This document shows, piece by piece, positions 52,601-64,000 of a DNA stretch of 64,000 nucleotides. The first letter of the stretch is position 1; every line of letters starts with the position of its first letter. The stretch comes from Octopus vulgaris (taxonomy: Eukaryota): contig OX597818.1 of the NCBI GenBank assembly GCA_951406725.2, positions 64,232,001-64,296,000 on the forward strand. Direction: 5' to 3'. The notes beneath the pieces were generated by a model, which ran no database searches, was not told the origin of the DNA, and saw nothing but the letters and a program-made list of their open reading frames with translations. The translations under genes were made by a program, and so were the position numbers.

Positions 52601-54249
52601 TCAATATCTCAGAATTTCAATATCTCACCAAACAAGTTGATGGCCTTCCTCATCGTTACCGACCCCGTCTGAGCTATGATGATATTCAACTAAAACTGTT
52701 TGATATAGAATATAATTTTGCAATAATTATGCATTATATATTTTGGACGCAACAAACAAATTGCATGGAACTTTATATATCAGATTAAATTCATGCGTTA
52801 TTTTAATTTCTGTGAATTCGACAGACTCTACAGGAACCTGGAACAATAACATTCTGAAGAATGAAACGAAGACCAGTGTATGAAGAGCCGTCGTTCTTGT
52901 CATTCATTTGCACGGCTCTGAATTGCGTGTCATCTATAAGTATTACATTGAATGATTCCGTCAAACTGTATTCGAATAACCAACGTGTCCACTGGAGTGA
53001 CTTTGTCACTTAAGGTGAGGCTCGAGCAAATAAAGGTTACCAGTAGCGAAGCAACCCTACTGAAGACACGGCAGTATGACCAACTCTCCTCTGGTCAATG
53101 TAAGAGTAAGCCACAAATGAAGAGATACAAGAACCCCCCAAAATATGCCTTCTGTGCTTGTTACTCATCAGACATCAGTAAACCAGCAACATATGTCTAA
53201 ATCTACCTACGTAAATCTTTGCACACGAAACTAAACCAAGAGATAGACTAATTATCTTAGTGAAATGTTTTGTATTATTAAGTGTTGAATACCTAAACTT
53301 GAATAGAATAAAAAAACACAAAAACATGATAATATTTTCACGATTAATATGGATACCTCATTTGTTTTTCTCAGAAAATCTTTAACAGACAGATTTAATA
53401 TTTATTATTCTCATATGAGATCATTTACATTTATTACAAAATATAACATTTTGACCGACCGGATGATATATGTTATTTTGGGATATGAATGAAGTGTACA
53501 GATTTATTTGTTTTTATAACAAAACATTATATAATGAAATTTGATAACATTGTTCATTTCATTAATGGGTGTTATTCATGTTAATGGTTGCTATTACCCT
53601 TCGAGAAGATTTTAATATTCCTGTAGTTGTTTGACGCTATTTCGTACTAGAAGGCCCCAATGTTATCTTAAGGCCCCAATGTCATTGCAATGTTGTTATA
53701 TTTTAATTTAGTGTAACGAAAGAGATTGCCTGATATCATTTACAAGTTTTGGGAACACGCTAAGTTACTTTTTCTTTTAATATTGAACAATTTTAATAAG
53801 AAATAATGAGCAGGTTGCGGGACCATTTCAAGGACACAGGATTTAGGAATATAGCAACAAAAGTGAGGCCTAGCCAGAAATTATTTTAGAAAATTAAGAT
53901 TCGAAAAATTTACCGAGGTGACATTGTCATATAAGACAATAGATTAAGATGCTCTCGTGTTGGACGGTAATGAAAGACTGAATGAATTTTCGTATTATAT
54001 GTAATTTATGTCAAATGATACGCCACTGCTAATATGTGATTTCTAATAAAATCAAAGAAAATTTTAGTTTTTATATTTTCTTATGTTATGTTTCATCTAA
54101 ATTATTTATTATATCAGTAATTAAAAAGAGAACAAAATGTGTTGGTTCTCTCTAAGATCACCGTTCTCATCAATCGCTGTCGTAGTAAATACATTTGATC
54201 TCCGCAAACCGTTTGGGTGTGACTGCGCCATTGTGGATCTCCCTGTCAG

Positions 54250-55011
54250 CCCTGTCAGAGTATAAATAGGTCACTGCGTTGGTCAGTATCTACACTGGTT
54301 AATATATCGGCTTTACCAACTCAAGACTATTTAAAGATGTTAGAATCACCACTCTGAGGCTGTAAACGAGGGAGAGAACATAACGATATTTTGGAACTTT
54401 CCAGTACATACAGACAAGATCACTAAATCCAATAAACCGTATAATAAATCAGTAAACCGTATAATAAACCAATAAACCGTATAATGTCTTGAATAACCAA
54501 AACAATAAAGGCTGTTTTTTGGTTGATATGAGCATACCTTGTGATCATAGTATCGCTGTAAAATAATTTGATAAGCAAAGAAAATATAAAGATTTGCTCA
54601 TTGAAATAAAAAAAATCTGTCGCATCCACAGAATGTTACAATACCAACGATTGTAGCAGCACTTGGCATGATCAAAAAGGAAACTGAAAATAATTTCAGG
54701 ATGATCCCTGGATTACCATCCATGCAAGATGTGATTGCTCTGATACGTCACACGTATTGAGAAGAGCATTGTCGCTTTGAATTTTCTATCCTTTCTCCCC
54801 TTTATTTTTTCTTTTTGATATCTTTTCATTTTTCTATTTTTCATCGTTTATTTTTTTCCTCTTTCCTCTTCCCTTTCTTTCTTTTTTGCTTCTTCTTTTT
54901 TTTCTAAGTGAAGAAGCTGGTGTGTTATATTAAATGACTATAGTGAGTTTTTGCGCTAGGTGTCGGGAAGTCACTCAACAAGAAATGGAAAGAAAATTAA
55001 AAGAAGTAAAA
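54250..55011 (+). mobile_element. R4/Dong-like 3' fragment, same family as 11322-12449
   Basis: VGQYLHWLI, NHHSEAVNEGENITIFWNFPVHTD, FLVDMSIPCDH, KYKDLLIEI; 3' UTR CTAGGTGTCGGGAAG..ACTC..CAAGAAATGGAA shared; ends in (TAA)n at 55012-55084. Confidence 0.85.
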
Positions 55012-55033
55012 TAATAATAATAATAAAAATAAC

Positions 55034-55106
<73 letters not shown>

Positions 55107-55639
55107 TACCATTTTACGCCCAACTGAAAAGGAGGCAAGATATCTTAGCCTTAACTGAAGGCCCCCCTTCAGAGGTTTTTCTTGGTAAATATGTCACTAT
55201 CAGTAAAACGTTAATAATGCGAATCTATATGTGTGAAATGCTGTTCACAACTGCGTTACTGAAGAGGTATTCTATATAAATATTTCTCCCACGGAAATGT
55301 GCTCTAGAAGGGCCCTGGTCGTTATTTAACTATTACTACACGGTTTAAAAGATGGTCTCACGATGAAAATAATATTGTGGTGCAATGTTAAATCTGAGTT
55401 AGAGAGGAAATATTGAATCTACGGAAGGAGACGAAATAATTTCAAATATCTCAGCACCAAATGTGTATGAGGGCCGACATGACTGTCTCCACAAAAAATG
55501 CATTAGGAAGTTAACTTATTGCGTGGTGAGAAAGTGAAAGAAAAATCGGAAGAAAACGGGTTTGAGGAGTCATGATCACGTATACTCAACCAGCGTACAC
55601 CAATAGCTTCTGCATTATATGTATGATGTAGCTTTTGGG

Positions 55640-57840
55640 TGATAATAATTAGCCAGGGTAATGCGATGAGGATACTTGAATAACGGTTCGTAATTTACTT
55701 CGATTTCCTTAACGGTAACGCCCGAGACTAACATTGCATCAGAGTGTGGTGCAACGGGAATATAAGGTAATGGAACATAATATGAGAAAGAATGTTACCA
55801 AAGACTGTAATGGTTAGTTAGATACTTCAAAATATAAGAAGCTGCAGGTTACATCCGCATTTGAATCAATAAAATGGTGATGCCCGTTTTGAGTATCACC
55901 TGTTTGTTTTCTAAAATAGAATATAGGCGCAGTTACAAGGAATTCGATAAGAGAACAAGACATCAGTGCAACATGTATTACGCGTGTGATTTTAAAGTAA
56001 TATTGACAGGTTCTATTAAGTAAGGGGGTGGATTTTAAATGTAGAAATCAACATCAAAGTTGCCATTTGAGATTTCAATAACTAGGAATTCCCTAGAGTA
56101 GAAAGGAAAGCTTATGCGACGGGAAACCATACAGAAGACAAAACGAGAGTTGAGAGAGGAACGGCTGGAGAAATAATTGGAAATGAATGGAATTCCAAAT
56201 CCAATTCATGGAAAGTTTCGAGAAATTTGGAAACGAAGAAAGTTTTGACTGACTGAAAAGGATTTGACAAGAAATACTGAATCGCTAATTGTAACCAGCC
56301 ACGAATGTATGAATAGAAAGAATTTGATAGAAAAGTGAGATTGATAATCCGTAGTCAGAGCCAGCTGCAGAATGTGTAGTTAGAAGAAAGTATTGACACA
56401 TTTATGTGAGTTCTGAAATTTTCAGAAAAACACTATTGAATTATAATTAAAGAGACGGGTGCAACGGTAAACGAGTGCATTGGAGTGGTAGTTGACTTTT
56501 AATTTGAAGATAGAGAAATGGACGCAAAGCAGAGGTTGGGCGGCTGCAGTCGCTTTTGATAACATCGTCAAATGGGAAATTCAGAAAATTCACAAATTTG
56601 AATCAATAAAATGGTTCCGGGTTCAGCCCACTCGGTGTCTCATAGGACAGGTGGTGTCTTCTACTATAACCTCGGGACGACAAACATTTGTGAGTGAATT
56701 TCGTAGAAAGAAACTTAAAGAAGTCCGTCGTATATATCGACACGTGTGGGCATGTGTGTGCTCACGCGCGCGTCTGTTATAGCTACTGCTTTACAACCAG
56801 TGTTGGTGTGTTTATGTACCCGTTACTTAGCGGACCGTCAGAAGAGAGTGACGGAATATTATCAAATTTAGCAAAGATAAATATTGGAGTTGATTCGTCT
56901 GACGAAAATTCTTCAGCAAGGCCGCAGTATAAATTAATTATAGAAGTGTAAAAGAAATGTGGACGACACAAGCAAAATTGGTTTATGCAATAAATAGTGC
57001 ACACGGCATACAATGGTGAACTATATTGAAATATTCCCATGTATCTTCAACTTGCAGATAGTTGCAGTCATTCATTTAAGAAAACAACTGTTTCTCTCCA
57101 AAATTAACTACATCCGGCTTGAGTATATTATTATGGTATGTATTTTCGGTATTAAAGAAAATGACGAAAATGAAGATAATTCTTTCTATTTTTTCTACTA
57201 TAGGGGCATGCCTGGATTTTTGGGGTGAGTGGGGGTAGTCGATTACATGAACCCTAGTATTCAGCATGTTCTAGTTTTATAGACCGAAGCATTGAAAGCT
57301 AAGAAGACCTAAGTGGATCGAAAGGATGATAATTATTAGAATATAAAGAACAACAGTAAGTGTATTGGAATGTCATCCATATTTGTAGTCTGAAAGTGAC
57401 AAGAAAGCGGTGGGGGAAATTCTGATTCCAAATCCCTTTGGCTGTGGAAAGGAATGGTAATAACAGTTTATATGTGATTGTCGACAAAAATATTGAAGCA
57501 TAAAGTTCAGAAGAGAATAGATAGAGCGTGAGATCTTACCTTTGGAATGCCAACTCCTTGCTGACTATATGCAAAAGGTATTGAGAAAAATTGTGAAATA
57601 CGAATTAGAGATTGTGGTGATCTAATGTGTAGTAATCAATCACTACACTTGTCGCAACACCGGAAGTGCACCAAGGAGGTTAACAGATATTTTAAGTGAG
57701 ACATGCATTGATGATACGCAAAAAAGTGGCATCCTGTATTCTGCCAGAATCTCAAGAAACACTATTGAGATTTGAGGGAAATTGTTTTCACCATACCACA
57801 CGATAAGATTCCTCCTAATTACATTAATATGCAACAGTTC
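55640..57840 (+). mobile_element. Older, heavily decayed R4/Dong-like remnant interrupted by SINEs
   Basis: Fragments IHGKFR, IVTSHE, SCRMCS, KRVHW and DTQKSGILYSARI in the expected order; followed by (TAA)n at 57843. Confidence 0.55.
56615..56930 (+). mobile_element. Degenerate family-B SINE
   Basis: ATGGTTCCGGGTTCAGCCCAC...GTGTCTTCTACTATAACCTCGGG...GGTGTGTTTATGT.CCCGT.ACTTAGCGG. Confidence 0.75.
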
Positions 57841-57842
57841 TT

Positions 57843-57850
57843 TAATAATA

Positions 57851-57923
<73 letters not shown>

Positions 57924-58033
57924 GAAGAAAAAGGAAGAAGAAGAAGAAGAAGAAGAAGAAGAAGAAGAAGAAGAAGAAGAAGAAGAAGAAGAAGAAGAAG
58001 AAGAAGAAGAGTGTAAGAAAAGAGGAGGAGGAG
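57843..58033. repeat. (TAA)n-(AAG)n-(AGG)n compound trinucleotide repeat
   Basis: Directly visible; source of the poly-N/poly-K ORFs. Confidence 0.95.
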
Positions 58034-58072
58034 GTTCGTACAATAATTCAACAGATCATCTTTTTTCCTCAG

Positions 58073-58209
58073 GTTCAACACGTAAACCGAGAAATCCCAC
58101 AGAAACACAGAAATTCAAAACATAATGGAGGAAATCCTGCGGTCCCATTTATACAACATGTCATCATCGTTTTCACTTTCATAACTGGCGAAAAGAAAGA
58201 GAAGAAAGA
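58073..58209 (+). other. Candidate exon
   Basis: Acceptor tcttttttcctcAG, donor AGA|GTAAGA, one frame open (VQHVNREIPQKHRNSK...); no family recognised. Confidence 0.25.
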
Positions 58210-58338
58210 GTAAAGAATAAGGAAAAGGAAAAAAAGAAAAACGTAGATAAAATAATATTTGGTCGAACGGTTTTGTGTAAATGGCACGAAATTCACCTGT
58301 CATCTTTATTCATTCCTACTGAACGTGATATTAGTAAT

Positions 58339-58596
58339 TCACAAGTATTTCACCTCCTGCATTTTGAGGACTGATCGTGTAGTAGAGTCAGAATATTTTC
58401 TGACAATGTTCCCTTTCCGGTGTTCCTCAAAATTGAAGCCGTTTGATGTGAAACGTTTCTGCATGTTCTGTCGAATTACTGCTGGTGTGCCTACACTCAT
58501 TGGATCTCTTTGGTCTGTTATACAACCAACATAAATCAAGATGGTTGGTGCAATCTTATGCGTATACCAGATGGGAATCTTTACACGTTTCACTTT
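58339..58596 (-). CDS. Candidate terminal coding exon, product unknown
   Basis: Acceptor atttatacAG, 85 open codons KVKRVKIPIWYTHK...RKYSDS...EVKYL*, AATAAA about 30 nt downstream; unique sequence, but an ORF this long can arise by chance. Confidence 0.2.
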   Translation of the reverse strand, partial: KVKRVKIPIWYTHKIAPTILIYVGCITDQRDPMSVGTPAVIRQNMQKRFTSNGFNFEEHRKGNIVRKYSDSTTRSVLKMQEVKYL

Positions 58597-59574
58597 CTGT
58601 ATAAATTAACATTTCTGTTATGATTTGTAATGAAATTGACTTGACACATGTGGTTGCACGATGAACAAGGCTCATTTCTCTTGCGGCTATTTTTAAAGCT
58701 GCAGAGTTCAGAAACTCCCAGTGGTAGTTTTCTGATGGTGAGAAGTAGTGGTTAATATTTCACTTATATTTTTATTGCCTCTAAAGGCTACAATAGGCAG
58801 CTGAGAGAATATATATTTGAAATGAGATGATTAGGAAGAATGAATAAAATATAACAGTGGCCAAAATGAACTACGTCGTCCTCACTTCAGAATCAAATAT
58901 TACATCGCATTTTGCATGTTTCTCTGAGAACAGGTTTAGCACTATATACAAATAGAAAACCCCAAACCTTAGGAAGCCTTTTCTACATATGTCTAGCTAA
59001 CGAATATCAAGTAATTGAAGGAAAATATCAATTGGAAAATAATACGGAACTTTAGTATATTATCAACGCAACTGGTATCACCATGTATGCAGAACACGGT
59101 CATAGCGTACGACACATCAGCAAAGCATAACCAAAAGTGTATAACATGAAGCAGAGGCGAATTGAAGAGCAAAGAAAATGCAATTAGTTAAATAGCTAAA
59201 TCGAAAACTGTATAATTTTTTTAAATACACATATTGCTCGTTTTATAATTAATAATTAATTGAAATTGAGCACAGCTCTCAAGAGTGTTAACACATTTAC
59301 TATAATATTCTAAAGAGGTATTCTACAGAAAGTAACCATTAGTAGCGATGCTCCGTGCATTGGCATCGAATAAGCGGTGATTCATATAGGAATGGAATTC
59401 TTGTTATGTTCTTCAAAGTATAAAAAGATAATATAACAAATATAACATCATACACACACTGAAACATATATACAAATACATAAAAAAAACACATACATAC
59501 ATATATGTGCGTATGTGTGTGTATGTGTGGGTGTTACTGATTGCTTTTATATTGTTTTATAATGAGAGAATACT

Positions 59575-59999
59575 CTCTCTCTCTCTTTTACTCTTTACTC
59601 TTTTACTTGTTTCAATCAGTTGACTGCGGCCATGCTGGAGCACCGCCTTTAATCGAGCAACTCGACCCCGGGACTTATTCTTTTGTAAGCCCAGTACTTA
59701 TTCTATCGGTCTCTTTTGCCGAACCGCTAAGTAACGGGGACATAAACACACCAGCATTGGTTGTCAAGCAATGCTAGGGGGACAAACACAGACACACAAA
59801 CACACACACATACATATATATATATATACATATACACGACAGGCTTCTTTCAGTTTCCGTCTACCAAATCCACTCACAAGGCATTGGTCGGCCCGGGGCT
59901 ATAGCAGAAGACACTTGCCCAAGATGCCGCGCAGTGGGACTGAACCCGGAACCATGTGGTTGGTTAGCAAGCTACTTACCACACAGCCACTCCTGCGCC
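59575..59999 (-). mobile_element. Full-length young family-B SINE
   Basis: Head GGCGCAGGAGTGGCTGTGTGG...GGTTCAGTCCC, internal TA/TG tract, (GTAAAAGA)n tail. Confidence 0.9.
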
Positions 60000-61019
60000 T
60001 ATGTTGTATTAATGTTGTATTAATCATATGGGTTACTCTATATTTTTGTATAATACAAATTCATAATGCTTAAATAAGAATATTTTTGACAGAGATTTAT
60101 TGAGTTATAAACATCCTACAGGAGGTGGGATTGAGTGAATTAGTAATTCGTTTTAGTGTGGGTTGTTCTGGAGAGCAAGTTTTTAATTCAACAAAGATTA
60201 TATAAAGCCAAGATTCATTTTAACGCATCGCCGCCCGAGCTTGGCTTCTCTGGTCGAAACGTCGAAGTCATTGTCAATAAGATTGTTGTTATATATACAC
60301 AGACACACACGCAGACACACACAAATATAATAAATACATGTGCGTGTACCTGTGTGCACGTGTGTGTGATGACTGGAAGCTGCTGCTTAATTTCTTAAAT
60401 GCAGGCATTTCTCCAAAAACTGTTTGATTTCCGATATTCGAGGTAATCAGATAGTCTTAATATTGTTATTGCTATAACTGGATAATCACTCGTCTATATA
60501 TGGCAAATGCATTCATTGGAACGCTAACGACTAAAGTCGCTCACGAATATCAAGGTGATAAACTAGTTATCAATTCTAACATGAATACAAATAAAATTAG
60601 CATTTCTTAATGCCGTCATTGCATTAAGTGTGATAATAATTTTGTGCAATAAAAAATATTTCGGCGACAAAATTATTAGCACGAATTCCTAACACTGTAA
60701 AATGAAAATAATTATTGGGACTTTATTGTCACTAAAGGCGTAGGCTGGAACACCTCCTATCCAATGACTTTTTAATGAAAAAACAAAAAGGAACATTTTG
60801 GAAACACATAATCTAAAAATTTTAATTACAAGTATGTTGTAGTGACCAATCAGGTTAAAATTATCTTTTTATTGAGTATGTGTATTATATTTTTCTAGTG
60901 GAAATAAACTGTTTTCACTTTAATAATTTTGATAGGTTTTGGCCCGTATAGAACCATACTGACATTTATAGGTTTTTATGAAGATTTTCATGCAGCTACT
61001 TGATGTGTATGGATGTAGC

Positions 61020-61732
61020 CGATATTTCACATTATAAAGGCAACATTCTAGCAGAAACGTTGAGACACTGAGCGAAATGAGTTCTGAGTTCAAATTCCGC
61101 CGAAGACGATTTTACCTTTCATCCTTTCGAGCTCGATAAATTAAGTACAATTTGCGTACTGGGGTCGATCTAATCGATTAGCCCTCTCTCCAAAAATTCC
61201 GGGCCTTGTGCCTAGAGTAGAAAAAGATATTTTCCATTATAAATGCGACTGCTGGCCAAAACATTGACACACCGGGCGAAATGCTTAGCGGTATTTCGTC
61301 TGCCGAGGCGGCGAGCTGGCAGAAACGTTAGCACGCCGGGCGAAACGCGTAGCCATATTTCGTCTGTCGCTACGTTCTGAGTTCAAATTCTGCCGAGATT
61401 CATTTTGCCTTTTATCATTTTGAGGTCGATAAATTAAGTACATGTTGCGTACTGGGGTCGATCAAATCGACTAGCCCCTTCTCTCAAAATTTCGGCCTTT
61501 GTGCCTAGAGTAGAAAAGGACATTTCCCATTATAAATGCGAAGCGCTGGCAGAAACCTTGACACACCGGGAGAAACTTTTAGCTGTGTTTCGTCTGTCTT
61601 GAAGTTTTCAGTTCAAATTCAGCCGAGATCGACTTTGCCTTTCGGGGTCGATAAATTAAGTATCAGTTGCGTATTGAAGACGATCTAATTTCAAGGCTTT
61701 TGCCTAAATTGCAAAAGGATATTTCCCATTAT
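61020..61732 (+). mobile_element. Tandem array of family-A SINE units separated by a repeated spacer
   Basis: Three units plus a nested head; ATATTTCCCATTATA-like spacer at about 61022, 61227, 61520 and 61718. Confidence 0.85.
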
Positions 61733-61989
61733 ATCACATTCTCTACATCAGCTAAATTTCCGAAGACTTAAATAAGAACTACGTAGTTTTTTACTTTGTC
61801 TATGATGAAAGAAAGAATTAAGAAAAAATTTTAAATTCTAATACATTTTGAGGTAGAAATGTTAAATGTCAGGACACAAAAGAGAACTGTTGGCCAATGT
61901 CTTAAACAGATTTTGGTATATAAAATTCTACACTAATATCATTCAAATTACGAATCACAGTCAATAGTCTGGCATAAATGCTATCCATA

Positions 61990-63538
<1,549 letters not shown>

Positions 63539-63744
63539 ATTTGTGTGTGTGTGTGTGTGTATGTTTATCACCACTTACACGTAAGGAACGCACACGAGCT
63601 AATGTAGTTCATATGAAATAGATGTTAAAATGTTATTTTCAACGGAAAATCGCAGAGCATGTTTGGGCATGCAAGGTGTAAAACCAGTTGACATTGAACT
63701 ATACATTTCTTACTCGATATATTCCAGGCACGGTAAGCATTTTT

Positions 63745-64000
63745 CTCATATATTAATTACATTGCCTGCTCGTGAAATTAACGTGAAATTGGTTGAACGC
63801 TTCACAGACACGTGTACGGTTAACGTAGTTCTCGGGGAGTTTCAGCATGACAAAGAGCGTGACAAGCATGGCTCCTGAAATACACGTATAACAGAAACAG
63901 GAATAAAGAATGAGAGAAATGTGTGGTGAAAGAGTATAGCAGGGTTGGCCACATGCCGCTGCCGGAGCCTCGTTGAGCGTTAGGTGTTTTCGCTCAATAA
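63745..64000 (-). mobile_element. SINE related to family C with a different 3' tail, cut by the window edge
   Basis: Reverse complement starts TTATTGAGCGAAAACACCTAA...GAGGCTCCGGCAG, matching 8237-8277. Confidence 0.65.

Noticed and set aside
57782-58213. Poly-Asn/poly-Lys protein
   Set aside because: Translation of (TAA)n(AAG)n at the end of a retroelement.
58480-58596. ShK-like cysteine pattern (CKDSH...DCTNHLDLC...ECRHT) on the minus strand
   Set aside because: In-frame TAA and the last two cysteines are missing.
61020-61732. CRISPR-like repeat-spacer array
   Set aside because: The intervening units are about 200-bp homologous SINEs; eukaryotic context and no cas genes.

Overview
AT-rich, repeat-dominated eukaryotic DNA. 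The SINE families and the very high density of (TA)n/(CA)n/(TAA)n/(GATA)n microsatellites suggest a coleoid cephalopod such as Octopus (inference). I cannot support any intact host protein-coding gene, rRNA, true tRNA or CRISPR array. Nearly all listed ORFs are microsatellite or SINE read-throughs. What is supported is a set of decayed mobile elements: about 30 copies or fragments of four tRNA-derived SINE families, three R4/Dong-like non-LTR remnants ending at (TAA)n, Penelope-like element (PLE) remnants of Neptune and Naiad type, a CR1-like LINE end, two mariner elements and one maT-like element, and a probable Maverick/Polinton polymerase B relic. The most notable signal is about ten minimal type-I hammerhead-ribozyme-like motifs in PLE termini, two families of which appear to share non-canonical cores, one of them inside a 115-bp palindromic junction. 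A few unique-sequence segments with good splice signals may be exons of an unrecognised transcript (low confidence). Everything was read by eye and element boundaries are approximate.
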